Assembly: GCA_963745025.1 (NCBI GenBank)
Contig: CAVUWD010000016.1
Location: 576,001 to 640,000, forward strand
Direction: 5' to 3'
Length of the DNA stretch: 64,000 bases
Source: an uncultured delta proteobacterium
GTDB taxonomy: Bacteria > Desulfobacterota > Binatia > JACPRU01
The translations under genes were made by a program, and so were the position numbers. Position 1 is the first letter of the stretch, and each line of letters opens with the position of its first letter. Below are positions 33,385-45,235 of the stretch, piece after piece. The notes under the pieces were generated by a model. That model did not search any database and had not been told where the DNA came from. It saw only the letters and a program-made list of their open reading frames with translations.

Positions 33385-34795
33385 ATGGTCGGCATCGTCT
33401 CCTACGGTTCTTACGTGCCCTACCGCCGTCTCAAGCGGTCGGCGATCGCACAAGTCCTCGGAATTCCCGCCAGCAAGGGGGAGCGGGCGGTGGCGAGCTT
33501 CGACGAGGATAGCGTGTCGATGGGCGTCGAGGCAGCGCGCGATGCGTTGCGAGCGACTTCGGCCCCATCGGTCCAGGCGCTGTTCTTCGCGACGACGACC
33601 CCGCCGTACGGCGAGAAGCTGCACGCGGCGATCGTCGGCGCCGCGGCCCGCTTGCCGGTCGAGATTCGCGCCGCGGATTCGACCGGTTCCGTCCGCGCCG
33701 GCCTCGGCGCCCTGCTCCAGGCATCGGACAGCGTGGGCGGTGGCGCGAAGCAGGCGCTGGCCGTGATCGCGGATTGCCGACTCGGCGCGCCCGAGGGTAA
33801 AGCCGAGCAGCAGAACGGCGACGGCGCGGTCGCGTTCGTGCTCGGCTCGGAGAACGTCATCGCGGAGATCGAGGCGAGCGCGTCGCTGACGCGCGAGTTC
33901 CTCGATACTTGGCGCGCGCCCGACGAGCGTTTTGCTCACACCTGGGAGGAGCGATTCGCCCTGACCCAAGCCTACGGACCGCTTCTCGGGAAAGCGGTGC
34001 AGGCGGTCCTCGCAAAGGCGAAGGTGACGCCGAAAGACCTCGCCAAAGTCGTGCTGGATTGTCCGAACCCGCGAGCGGTCGACGAGATCGCACGCGGCAT
34101 GAAGCTCGAGGCCGCTCAGCTCGCCGACCCGCTCGCACTGACGGTCGGGCAGACCGGCGCCACGCATGCCGGCCTGATGCTCGCTTCCGTGCTGCCGGCG
34201 GCGAAGCCTGGAGAGCGGATCCTCGTCGCCACCGCGGCCGATGGCGCGGATGCGATCGTCTTTCGCATCACCGATGCCGCCGCCCGCTACAAGCAGCCGC
34301 GCTCGGTCGGACGGCTGATCGAGTCGAAGGGCGACGTCTCCTACGGAAGCTACCTCAAGTGGCGCGAGATCATCCCGACCGAGCCGCCGCGCCGGCCCGA
34401 CCCCGACCGGCCCGCGGGACCACCGATGCTCCGGTCGTCGAGCTGGAAGTACGGCTTCGTCGGGTCGCGCTGCACGGCGTGCGGCACGCCGCAGCTTCCG
34501 CCGCAGCGCGTGTGCGTGAAGTGCCGCGCGTTCGACCAGATGGAGCCCTACCCGTTCGCCGATCGCACCGCGCGCATCGCCACCTACACGCTCGATCGGC
34601 TCGCGTACTCGCTGCAACCCGCCGACGGTCGCCGTCGTTCTCGACTTCGACGGCGGCGGACGGTTCATCTGCGAGATGACCGATTGCGAGCCGGAGAAGG
34701 TCGCGATCGGCGACGAGGTGGAGATGACGTTCCGCAAGCTCTATACGGCAGGAGGGGTGCACAACTACTTCTGGAAGGCGCGGCCGAAGCGGTGA
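33385..34795 (+). CDS. HMG-CoA synthase-like domain fused to DUF35 Zn-ribbon/OB-fold (frameshift near 34620)
   Basis: YGSYVPYRRL, DEDSVSMGVEA, CTAC..CVKC, VEMTFRK, NYFWKARP. Confidence 0.85.
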
Positions 34796-34837
34796 AACTG
34801 GCGTCGGGCTCCGCAGCCTGAGGCCCCCGGAGGAAAC

Positions 34838-36022
34838 ATGGCCAGCAACGGAATCAAGGACCGCGTCGCGATCGTCGGCATGGGCTGCACGTCGTTCGGC
34901 GAGCACTGGGACAAGGGGCCGGACGATCTCCTCGTCGACGCCGCCTACGAGGCGTACGCGCTCGGCGGGCATCGACCCGAACGACGTCGACGCCTACTGG
35001 CTCGGCACGCTCGGTTCGGGGCTCTCCGGGCTCATGCTCTCCGAGCCGCTGAAGATCCCGTACAAGCCGGTCACACACGTCGAGAACTTCTGCGCGACGG
35101 GCTCCGAGGCGCTGCGCCACGCCTGCTACGCCGTCGCTCGCGGCGCCTACGACGTCGTGATGGCGATCGGCGTCGAGAAGCTCAAGGACTCGGGCTTCTC
35201 GGGGCTCGTCGGCAACGTTCCGCCCAACGACGGCACGCAGAGCACCATGACGGCGCCCGCCTCGTTCTCGCTGCTCGCGCCCGCGTACTTCAAGAAGTAC
35301 GGCCTCGATCCCAAGAAGGGCAAAGAGGTGCTCGCGCGCATCGCCTGGAAGAACCACAAGAACGGCGCGAAGAACCCGAAGGCGCAGTTCCGCAAGGAAG
35401 TGCCGATGGAGACGATCCTGAATTCGCCGAAGGTCGCCGATCCGCTCGGCATCATGGACTGCTCGGGCGTCTCCGACGGCTCGGCGGCGGCGATCGTCGT
35501 CGCGCCGAGGACGCGCACAAGTACCGCAAGGATCCGATCTACATCAAGGCGCTGTCGTTCGTCGCCGGCCCCGGCGAAGGCCACTCCAGGCAGGACTACG
35601 ACTTCACGACCTTCCCCGAGGTGGTGGCGACGGCGCGCGATGCCTACAAGCAGGCCGGCGTCACGAATCCCCGCGCCGAGATCAGCATGGCCGAGGTCCA
35701 CGACTGCTTCACGCCGACCGAGCTCGTGCTCTTGGAGGACCTCGGCTTCCGCGAGCGCGGCACGGCGTGGAAGGACGTGCTCGACGGCCTCTTCGATCTC
35801 GAGGGCCCGCTGCCGGTCAACCCCGACGGCGGGCTCAAGTGGTTCGGCCATCCGATCGGCGCCTCGGGCCTGCGCATGATGTACGAGATGTGGCTCCAGC
35901 TTCGCGGCGAGGCGGGCCCGCGGCAGATCAAGAACCCGAAGCTCGGCCTCACGCACAATCTCGGCGGCGCGCCCGGACGGTGCGTGAGCTTCGTCTCCGT
36001 GGTCGGACGCGACGTCGGCTAA
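34838..36022 (+). CDS. SCP2-type thiolase/acetyl-CoA acyltransferase (frameshifted)
   Basis: VAIVGMG, VENFCATG, DCSGVSDG, EVHDCF, GHPIGASG, HNLGG. Confidence 0.88.
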   Translation: MASNGIKDRVAIVGMGCTSFGEHWDKGPDDLLVDAAYEAYALGGHRPERRRRLLARHARFGALRAHALRAAEDPVQAGHTRRELLRDGLRGAAPRLLRRRSRRLRRRDGDRRREAQGLGLLGARRQRSAQRRHAEHHDGARLVLAARARVLQEVRPRSQEGQRGARAHRLEEPQERREEPEGAVPQGSADGDDPEFAEGRRSARHHGLLGRLRRLGGGDRRRAEDAHKYRKDPIYIKALSFVAGPGEGHSRQDYDFTTFPEVVATARDAYKQAGVTNPRAEISMAEVHDCFTPTELVLLEDLGFRERGTAWKDVLDGLFDLEGPLPVNPDGGLKWFGHPIGASGLRMMYEMWLQLRGEAGPRQIKNPKLGLTHNLGGAPGRCVSFVSVVGRDVG

Positions 36023-36061
36023 GGGCGGTACGATCGACGTCGAGCGCCAAGGCTGATCGGT

Positions 36062-37156
36062 TCAGGCGTTCGCCGGCGGCAGGATCTTCCGCTCGATCAG
36101 TTTGCTGAACCAGTAGCGGAACGTCTCTTCGGTATCGTACGCCTGGCAAAACCCCGCCTGCTTGATCTTCACGGTGCTGACGAACGCCGGCGGCGGGGGA
36201 GCGGTGGCGCCGTACGCGAAGCAGAAGTCGGCGTAGTGATGCGACTCGCCGATCAATTCCGACATCGGCACTTTCCGCAATCCATGTTTGGCGATGATCC
36301 GGTCCCACACGGGCGCCTTGGCCGGCATGAACTCCGCGAGCCTCACGGGATTGTCGGGACCGAGTTTCACACCGAGCACCTCGGCGAACGAAGGCCACAG
36401 GTCACGCCACTCGAACACTTCGCCGTTCGTGAGGTTGAACGTCTCGCCTCTCGCATTGGCGGCCGTCGCTCCCCATACCAAAGCGTCGGCGACGAGCCGC
36501 GTGTCGACCGCTTCCCATACCCACGGGGCTCCGCCGGGGAATCCAAACGGGCGACCCTCTTCGCGGCAGATCGCCGCGAAGGCGCCTATGATGGGCGGAA
36601 GGTTCATCACCACGCCGTAGTTCGGTCCGACGATCAACTGCGGGCGCCAGATGGTGAACGTCCATCCTTCGCGCGCCGACTTGGCGCGGACGTAGTCCTC
36701 CTGCAACCAGTAGAAGTTCTCGTGCGGGTCGCGCGGGAAGCGTTCGCGCGCGGGAATCCGGATCGGGTGGAGGTGCACTCCGTATGCCTTCGTGCCCTGC
36801 AGGAGGCTCACGTGCTTCAAACCGTTCGCATTTCGTGAGAGTGGATCCATCAAGTTTCGCAGCATCTCCAGATTCGTGTCCATCTGGAGTTTTTCGCTCC
36901 ATCCCGGAACCAGACCCGGCAGCTCGAAGACCGCCGTGTACACGACATGCGTCACGGCGCCGCACCCCTTGGCCGTCTCGCGGCATGCCGCGGCGTCGCG
37001 TAGATCGAGCGCCGAGTGCGTGAATGATTTGGCGGTGTCTACTTCCGGACGACGCCGCGACAGCGCGATGACGTCGTATCCGTCGGCGAGAAAGCTCTCA
37101 ACGGTCGCAGCCCCGACGAGACCGCTGGCGCCAGCAATGAGCACGGTTCCCTTCAT
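36062..37156 (-). CDS. Extended SDR, PRISE/progesterone 5-beta-reductase-like
   Basis: GASGLVG, LQGTKAYG, NFYWLQED, FNLTNG. Confidence 0.85.
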   Translation of the reverse strand: MKGTVLIAGASGLVGAATVESFLADGYDVIALSRRRPEVDTAKSFTHSALDLRDAAACRETAKGCGAVTHVVYTAVFELPGLVPGWSEKLQMDTNLEMLRNLMDPLSRNANGLKHVSLLQGTKAYGVHLHPIRIPARERFPRDPHENFYWLQEDYVRAKSAREGWTFTIWRPQLIVGPNYGVVMNLPPIIGAFAAICREEGRPFGFPGGAPWVWEAVDTRLVADALVWGATAANARGETFNLTNGEVFEWRDLWPSFAEVLGVKLGPDNPVRLAEFMPAKAPVWDRIIAKHGLRKVPMSELIGESHHYADFCFAYGATAPPPPAFVSTVKIKQAGFCQAYDTEETFRYWFSKLIERKILPPANA

Positions 37157-37332
37157 GATGTCCCCCAGGCGCGTCGGTTACGCCGCTCCCGCGGCAAGTG
37201 CCCGTAGTGCGAAGTCCCTGTGACGTCGAATCCGACGAAAGTCCCGCGCGTTATGAACACGGTGCCGCCGATTCTCCCACTCCGTGGGGTGCAACGATGG
37301 CGGGTTGTTGCCGGTAGCCGCGTCGGCAGCCG

Positions 37333-38559
<1,227 letters not shown>

Positions 38560-38581
38560 GCGCCCGCCAGACGACGACCCG

Positions 38582-39610
38582 TCAGAACACGCGGTAGACG
38601 ATTGCCGTGAAGCGAGTTCCCTGCGGGCGGTTCAGTGCGTCGAACTCGCGAAGCACCGACAGATCGATGAGGAAGCCACGGAGCACGGCCGTGGCGATCG
38701 GCCCGAGCATGCAGCCTCGCTCGGACGAGTTGCGGATGCGGCTGCCGTCCATGCGGTCGTCGCGATACTGGAAGTCGAAGAACCCTTCGATGCCGAGGTT
38801 TCGCGTATGGGCATGGTCGAGATGAGCAAGCAGCTTGAACATGGCCTGCACGGTCGGGCCCAACTGGTAACGCGAGCGCGTGGCGGTCGCGGGATTGTGA
38901 AAATCGTCGTTCTTGGTGGAGCCGGCGAAGTACAGCGACGGCTCGAAGAAGACGCCGTTGCCGATGCTTCGCAGGTGGACGATGAGATCGTTCGAGTACA
39001 GGTACGTGTAGGTGTCGAAGCTCAGGTTCCGCAGGCCCCCCGGCTGATAGTGGCCGGTCGGTAGGAACACATCGACGTCCATCAAGCCTGCAATTTTCAA
39101 CGCTTCGCTCTCGTAGATCTCCGGGAAATTCAGACCGGTACCCAGCGCCAGGTCGCTCGGGCCCGCGGTGGATGCTGCGGCCTTGCCGACCGCGAAATCC
39201 GTCGCCACGAAGGTCGGTACCGCTTCCACGAAGTGCTGGACTCGCTCGGTGCGGAGCGGTGTCAGCAGAATGATGCGCTCGACGAGCAGGTACGTGCTGA
39301 GATGGAAACGGCCGGGCACGGCGCGCCCGCGGTCGTCGCGAAGCGAATCGGCATAGTAGTATTGATTGTACGTGCCGAGAAAGAGCGTCCACGGCGGCGT
39401 ATCCTTGCTCTGCTCCTGCGTCGCGAAGGAGCTGTGCGCACCGTCCATGTAGGTCGCGAAGAGCGGCAACCCCGCGCCCTTGTGGATTCCCTGGGCGCTG
39501 AGATCGCTGCCCCTCCAGACGAGTGCGGCCTGTGCTGCGCCCGGCGGCCAAAAGAGCAGCGCCAGCGCCGCGAGTGCCAGCCGAGACCCCCGCCGAACTC
39601 CCTTTCGCAT
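38582..39610 (-). CDS. Outer-membrane beta-barrel, SphA/phenol MetA-pathway-like transporter
   Basis: Signal peptide, G..DL..G, PTG.Y motif and terminal aromatic YRVF. Confidence 0.65.
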   Translation of the reverse strand: MRKGVRRGSRLALAALALLFWPPGAAQAALVWRGSDLSAQGIHKGAGLPLFATYMDGAHSSFATQEQSKDTPPWTLFLGTYNQYYYADSLRDDRGRAVPGRFHLSTYLLVERIILLTPLRTERVQHFVEAVPTFVATDFAVGKAAASTAGPSDLALGTGLNFPEIYESEALKIAGLMDVDVFLPTGHYQPGGLRNLSFDTYTYLYSNDLIVHLRSIGNGVFFEPSLYFAGSTKNDDFHNPATATRSRYQLGPTVQAMFKLLAHLDHAHTRNLGIEGFFDFQYRDDRMDGSRIRNSSERGCMLGPIATAVLRGFLIDLSVLREFDALNRPQGTRFTAIVYRVF

Positions 39611-39742
39611 CGCAGGGAAGGCCTAGCAGAAATCTATCGGGCCGGAGACAACTCTTTTGAGATCGCGAGCTCCTCCGGCCGGGTTCGCTGCAGCTCGTTC
39701 CTTCGACGCCACCCGGCTGCGTGGACAGGCGCCGAATCTGCT

Positions 39743-40057
39743 ATGGCGGGGCTCGTGCAGGACCGAGGCTTGCCGCCGGCCGTGTGGGACCAGTACTCGC
39801 AGGCAATCGGCATTTTTCTCAGCGGAGCGACGGTGCCGAGCGCGAGCCGCATCGCTCTCGTCGTCGGCACGTGGCTTAGCCTGATGAACCAAGGGGAGCT
39901 GATCGTGCGCGGCCCCATCCCGTGGATCAAGATTCTCCTCAACTACGCCACTCCGTTCATCGTCGCGAGCCTAGGCTTCCTCGCGGCGCGACGCCGCGCG
40001 AACGTCGAGCGCCTCGTTCGCCTCCTCGGTGACGGTCCGCCGTCGCCGGAGTCGTGA
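39743..40057 (+). CDS. NrtS-like small membrane protein
   Basis: IALVVGT.L..MNQG...NYATPFIVAS pattern. Confidence 0.65.
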   Translation: MAGLVQDRGLPPAVWDQYSQAIGIFLSGATVPSASRIALVVGTWLSLMNQGELIVRGPIPWIKILLNYATPFIVASLGFLAARRRANVERLVRLLGDGPPSPES

Positions 40058-40113
40058 TCGGGGGCTTGAGGTCGCCGCGCGCTTCGGACAATATCCCCGG
40101 CCGTTCGAACATC

Positions 40114-41226
40114 ATGCGCATCGGTGTCCTAAGAGAGACGACTCCGAGCGAGCGCCGGGTGGCGTTGCTTCCCGACGGCATCGGCACGCTCGTCAAGGCC
40201 GGTGTTGAAGTCGTGATCGAAGCGGGCGCCGGCGCCAGCGCGGGTGCATCCGACGAGGCCTACGCTCAGGCCGGGGCGACGATCGCTGCAGATGCCCGCG
40301 GGGCATGCATCGGCGCGGCAGCGGTCGTCAAGGTGCAGCCGCCGACAGTCGAAGAAGCCGGGCGGCTCGACCCGGGAACTCTTCTCGTCAGCCTCCTACC
40401 GACGAGCGAGCGGCAGGATCTCCTCAGGATCCTGGCCGAGCGACGCATCACGGCCCTCGCTCTCGAGCGCGTGCCGCGCATCTCGCGCGCACAATCGATG
40501 GACGTGCTCTCGTCTCAGGCGACGCTCGCCGGTTACAAGGGTGTTTTGCTCGGGGCCTCGTTGCTGCCGCGCATCTTGCCGATGTTGACCACGGCTGCCG
40601 GCAACATCCGCCCCGCCAAAGCTTTCGTGCTCGGCGCCGGCGTGGCTGGCTTGCAGGCGATTGCGACGGCAAAGCGACTCGGTGCCATCGTATCCGCGTT
40701 CGACGTTCGCGCCGCGGCGCGAGAACAGGTGCAAAGCCTCGGCGCCACTTTCGTCGCCGCCGAGCTCGCGTCCGACGCCGCGCAGGACAAGGGCGGCTAC
40801 GCCAAAGCCCAGAGCGAGGACGAGCAACGGCGCGCGCAGGCGCTGCTCGATGCGCACCTGAAGGAGATGGACCTGGTGGTCTCCACCGCCGCGATTCCCG
40901 GACGCCGGGCACCCTTGCTGATCACCGAAGAAATGGTCCGGCACATGAAGCCGGGTTCGGTGATCGTCGACCTCGCTGCCGAGACGGGCGGCAACTGCGC
41001 GCTCACAAAGCCGGGGGAGACGGTCGAGGCCAACGGTGTGCTGATCCTCGGTCCGCTCAACCTGGCGAGCACGGTGCCGGTGCACGCGAGCCAGATGCTC
41101 AACCGCAACGTCCTCACGTTGCTCCAGTACCTGCTGCGCGATGGCGCCCTCGCGATCGATCTCGACGACGAGATCACCGGCGCGATGGCGGTGACCCACG
41201 CCGGAGAGGTGCGGGTCAGCGGCTGA
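40114..41226 (+). CDS. pntA: NAD(P) transhydrogenase alpha subunit, domain I
   Basis: ERRVAL.P, RISRAQSMDVLSSQ, GAGVAGLQA, DLAAETGGNC. Confidence 0.92.
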   Translation: MRIGVLRETTPSERRVALLPDGIGTLVKAGVEVVIEAGAGASAGASDEAYAQAGATIAADARGACIGAAAVVKVQPPTVEEAGRLDPGTLLVSLLPTSERQDLLRILAERRITALALERVPRISRAQSMDVLSSQATLAGYKGVLLGASLLPRILPMLTTAAGNIRPAKAFVLGAGVAGLQAIATAKRLGAIVSAFDVRAAAREQVQSLGATFVAAELASDAAQDKGGYAKAQSEDEQRRAQALLDAHLKEMDLVVSTAAIPGRRAPLLITEEMVRHMKPGSVIVDLAAETGGNCALTKPGETVEANGVLILGPLNLASTVPVHASQMLNRNVLTLLQYLLRDGALAIDLDDEITGAMAVTHAGEVRVSG

Positions 41227-41427
41227 CGGCACGGACCTTCGGGTTCTTCCGGCCCCTCCAACGCCGTCGAGCCATCGCGGAGGCCCCGCCGGTGCGGGGG
41301 AGCGGATGGAGCCGCCATGGAAGGCGCATGCGCTCCGCTCACGGCGCGGTCCGCATCTCGCAGTCACCACGAAGGACGTTTGACGAATAACCAACGATCC
41401 CCGAGAACAAGCCCTTCAGGAGGACTC

Positions 41428-41886
41428 ATGGAGAAGCAGACACTCGACGACTACCAGGTCGGTGAGCGCATTGTCAGTCCCGGCCGGACGATCACCGAGG
41501 CTGACATCGTCAACTTCGCGGGCCTCACGGGCGATTGGCACCCGCTCCACACCGACGTCACCTACGCCGCCACGACGCCGTTCGGCGAGCGCATCGCGCA
41601 CGGCATGCTCGTACTCGCCGCGGGCAGCGCCCTCGCCTTTCGTCTCGGCACGTTCGTGCTGCTGCCGCGATCGTTCATCGCCTTCTACGGCATGGAGCGG
41701 GTGCGCTTCACGACCCCGGTGAAGATCGGCGACACCATCCGCCTCGAGGCCGAGGTCACGTCGATCGAGCACAAGGACGCCACGCGCGGCGTGCTCACCT
41801 GGAACGGCCGGATCGCCAACCAGCGGAACGAGGCCTGCTGCCTGTTCGTGATGAAGTTGCTGTGCGGTCGCGCGGCGCCGGCCTGA
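41428..41886 (+). CDS. MaoC family dehydratase
   Basis: RTITEADI, GDWHPLH, RIAHG, PVKIGDT; SD AGGAGG. Confidence 0.9.
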   Translation: MEKQTLDDYQVGERIVSPGRTITEADIVNFAGLTGDWHPLHTDVTYAATTPFGERIAHGMLVLAAGSALAFRLGTFVLLPRSFIAFYGMERVRFTTPVKIGDTIRLEAEVTSIEHKDATRGVLTWNGRIANQRNEACCLFVMKLLCGRAAPA

Positions 41887-42161
41887 AACCGGCCTGCGTC
41901 GGCGAAAATCACGATCGCGCTGCCGTCCATTTTGTGCCGGCCGCCGCACTGCGGATGATAACTGCCCCTCTTCACCGAGCGCCTGCCCGCGTTGCTGGTC
42001 GGGCCAGTCGCGCGTTCGGTCGGACGGTACCGGGACGCAAACTTTTCCCCGGCAGGCCCTGCGATTCCAGCTGGTTTGGCGAGCGTGAGAAGAATGGGAC
42101 GCCCGGGTTCTCATTTTCGAGATCATGTCGTGCTTTTCCTCGCTAGCATGACCCTCCCCCA

Positions 42162-42177
42162 AGGCATGTCTCTTGCT
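42162..42177 (+). promoter_or_regulatory. Sigma-54 -24/-12 promoter
   Basis: AGGCATGTCTCTTGCT matches TGGCACG-N4-TTGCW, about 90 bp upstream of the PilB-like gene. Confidence 0.6.
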
Positions 42178-42267
42178 GAGGCGTCTGTCCGTGATCGATT
42201 CGCCTAGGCTCTTACCCGCACGAGCAAACCAACGGCCGCCGACAACCCGATGCCGGGAGGTCACTCG

Positions 42268-44673
42268 GTGACGAGAAAGCCAGACGCCAACCATGTGCCC
42301 GCCGCGCCGGATGCGGATCAGAGGCTCCTGAATCTCCTCAAGCGGAGCGCTCGCCTCGACGCGGCGCAAGTCGCGGCTATCGAGCAGCGCATGGTAGCGC
42401 AGCACATGCCGGCGATCGATGCGATCGTTGCGAGCGGCGCTTTGTCCGAGAGCGACCTGGCAGAGGCGATCGCGCGGGAGCTCAAGGTACCTCGCCTCGA
42501 CTTGCATGAGGTGTCCCTCGGCGGCGCGGAAGTGGAGCTGATCGAAGAGTCGGTAGCGCAGCGCCTCGGCGTCGTCCCCATCTGTGTCCAGAACGGAGTC
42601 CTCGTGGTCGCAATGGCGAATCCCCTCGACCGCGAAGCGATTCAGACGCTCGAGTTCTCGACGAGCCTGGCAATCCGCGCGGCGGTCGCACCTCGCAGCG
42701 AAATTCGCGACGCGATCGCTCGGCTCTACACCAGGGAGTCGTCGCTCGGTTCGCTGCTCTCCGGAGTGGATCCGACCTCGAAGCTCGAGGTTCTCCGTGT
42801 CGCCGACCGCGACCCCGCGCCCGTAGACGTGCGCGACATCGCACGTCAGGCGGAGCAGCCGCCGATCGTCAAGATCGTCAATCTCATCCTGTTCGAGGCG
42901 TTCAATACCGGCGCCAGCGACATCCACATCGAGCCGGGTCCCCACGTCGTCCTCGTCCGCTATCGGATCGACGGCGTGCTCGAGGAGAACCTGCAGGTTC
43001 CAAAATGGGTGCAGGCGCCAATCGTCGCGCGGGTGAAAGTCCTGGCCAAGCTCGATATCACCGAGCGCCGGCTGCCGCAGGACGGCCACTTCGCGCTCCG
43101 CGTGGGAGACGCCACGGTCGACGTCCGGGTCTCCTCGATGCCGACGATGTACGGCGAGAAGCTCGTGCTGCGCCTCCTCGATCCGTCACGCGGCGTGCGC
43201 AGGCTCGCCGACATCGGCCTGTCCGCGCGAGACCTGGCCATGCTCCGGCGGCTGATCGAGCGGCCCGAAGGCATGATCCTGGTCACCGGTCCGACCGGTA
43301 GCGGCAAGACGACGACTCTCTACGCGATCATCCAGGAGATCGTCTCGCCCGAGATCAACATCGTGACGATCGAGAATCCGATCGAGTACGAGCTCAAGGG
43401 AGTCACACAGATCCCGATCAACGAGAAGCAAGGATTGACGTTCGCAGAGACGCTCCGTTCCGTCCTGCGCCAGGATCCCGACGTGATCTTCGTCGGCGAG
43501 ATCCGTGATCACGAGACGGCGCTGACCGCCTTCCAAGCGGCGCAGACCGGACATCTCGTGCTCTCGACCGTTCATACCAACGATACCGCCGCGACCGTGA
43601 CGCGGCTCCTCGAGCTGGGCATCGACCCGCACACGATCGGTCCTTCGCTGCTCGCAGTCGTGGCGCAGCGCCTGGTTCGGAAGGTGTGCGTGTCCTGCGC
43701 CGAGCCGGTTCCGCCCGCGGAGCAAGCGCGGGAGCTTCTCGGTCTTCCGGCGGGCCATCCGCTCCGCCGCGGGCGAGGTTGCTCCGTCTGCCGCAAGACC
43801 GGTTTTTCGGGCAGGACAGGCTGCTATGAGGTTCTCGAGGTGACGAAGGGAATCGAGCAGCTGATCGAGAAAAAGGCCCCTGAGAACGAGATCCGCACGC
43901 TGGCCGAGGAACAAGGGATGACGTCCGTGCTCGACGACGCGCGCACGAAGGTTCTCGGCGGGCTCACCACCCCGTCGGAGGTCCTCCGCGTCATCGACCT
44001 CGACTCCGCACGGAAGCTCCTCTGTCCGGCATGCCACTCGACCGTCGAGGAAACCTACACGGTTTGTCCAAACTGTCGGAACCAGCTCCATCTCATCTGC
44101 TCGGGGTGTGGCACGATTCTCAAGAAGGGCTGGACGGCTTGCGCCTTCTGCGGCACCGCCGCCGCGACTGTCGGCGCTCCCCATGCACAGCCGCTCGCCG
44201 CGCCCGCCCGCGCCGACGACCATCGCGGCAGCGTCAAGATCCCCCGCGTGCTCGTCGTCGACGATGACCAGGAAGCTCTCGAGTCGGTCCGCCGGGCGCT
44301 CGCCAAGGCGGAGAAGCCGATCGAGATCGAGGTCGCCGAGAGCGGCGAAGAGGCTCTCGCCAAGATTGCGGCCAGCCGGCCGCACCTGATCGTCCTCGAC
44401 CTCTCGATGCCCGGCCTCGGCGGCTACGAGATCTGCCGCCGCGTCCGCGCCGATCTTAAGACCGCGCTGATTCCGATCATCATGATCGCGGGAGCGGCCG
44501 ATGCCGAAGCGGCGCGCCTCGGCTTCCTCGCGGGCACGGACGACTTCATTGGCAAACCGTTCGACGCCAAGGAATTCCTCGCGCGCGTCGGGCGCCTGCT
44601 CGCGCGCACATACGACTGGTCGAGCCGACTGCCGAAAGAGATCGCAAGCGCCGCCGACGACTCCGCCGCATGA
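42268..44673 (+). CDS. GspE/PilB-type ATPase with double zinc ribbon and C-terminal REC domain
   Basis: ASDIHIEP, GPTGSGKT, LRQDPD, TGHLVLST; CPAC/CPNC/CSGC/CAFC; VLVVDDD..LDLSMP..KPF. Confidence 0.9.
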   Translation: MTRKPDANHVPAAPDADQRLLNLLKRSARLDAAQVAAIEQRMVAQHMPAIDAIVASGALSESDLAEAIARELKVPRLDLHEVSLGGAEVELIEESVAQRLGVVPICVQNGVLVVAMANPLDREAIQTLEFSTSLAIRAAVAPRSEIRDAIARLYTRESSLGSLLSGVDPTSKLEVLRVADRDPAPVDVRDIARQAEQPPIVKIVNLILFEAFNTGASDIHIEPGPHVVLVRYRIDGVLEENLQVPKWVQAPIVARVKVLAKLDITERRLPQDGHFALRVGDATVDVRVSSMPTMYGEKLVLRLLDPSRGVRRLADIGLSARDLAMLRRLIERPEGMILVTGPTGSGKTTTLYAIIQEIVSPEINIVTIENPIEYELKGVTQIPINEKQGLTFAETLRSVLRQDPDVIFVGEIRDHETALTAFQAAQTGHLVLSTVHTNDTAATVTRLLELGIDPHTIGPSLLAVVAQRLVRKVCVSCAEPVPPAEQARELLGLPAGHPLRRGRGCSVCRKTGFSGRTGCYEVLEVTKGIEQLIEKKAPENEIRTLAEEQGMTSVLDDARTKVLGGLTTPSEVLRVIDLDSARKLLCPACHSTVEETYTVCPNCRNQLHLICSGCGTILKKGWTACAFCGTAAATVGAPHAQPLAAPARADDHRGSVKIPRVLVVDDDQEALESVRRALAKAEKPIEIEVAESGEEALAKIAASRPHLIVLDLSMPGLGGYEICRRVRADLKTALIPIIMIAGAADAEAARLGFLAGTDDFIGKPFDAKEFLARVGRLLARTYDWSSRLPKEIASAADDSAA

Positions 44674-44948
44674 GCGGTGAAGCCCCGAGCGGCGATCGAC
44701 GGGAGCGCAACCGAGACAATCGCCCGTGGGCTGATCAGCGAAGCCGACCGGACCGTCAGGGGCGCCTCTAGCAGCTGGCGTCGACCATCGCCACGAGCGC
44801 GAGCGAGGGCATGCGGACCTTCGAGCGCTACCGCCATTGGCTCGACACGAACGACCACCGGCACCGCTTCGACGAGAGCTCGTCTCGCCAGTCGGGAGGT
44901 GCCGAGGCTGATCGCGAAGCTTTGCCGACCGAGCTGAGCAACTGTCTT

Positions 44949-45209
44949 TTACTGCGCTTGCATTCTCGCGGTCGCTTCCCTGTGCTCGGCGATCTCGAAT
45001 TCGCGGAGTCTGCCCGAAGCGGAAAACCGCGCGGGGTTCATGACCGGCTCGCACCCTCCCGACTCGCCTGCCGCATAGCCCGGGTCACAGTGCCAAAAAC
45101 CATCCCTCCCGTAGTGTGCGTGTGCTACCGCCGGCTGCTCGTTCAACGACTGCGCATAGGCATTCGTGACCAGCAGGAGGACTGTCGCGGAAAGCAAGAC
45201 TATTCTCAT
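44949..45209 (-). CDS. Small secreted Cys-motif protein
   Basis: Signal peptide ending AYA, WHCDPGY..C motif, SD and a sigma-54 box upstream. Confidence 0.7.
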   Translation of the reverse strand: MRIVLLSATVLLLVTNAYAQSLNEQPAVAHAHYGRDGFWHCDPGYAAGESGGCEPVMNPARFSASGRLREFEIAEHREATARMQAQ

Positions 45210-45235
45210 CTGCGTCTCCCTTGTACCCTATAACG

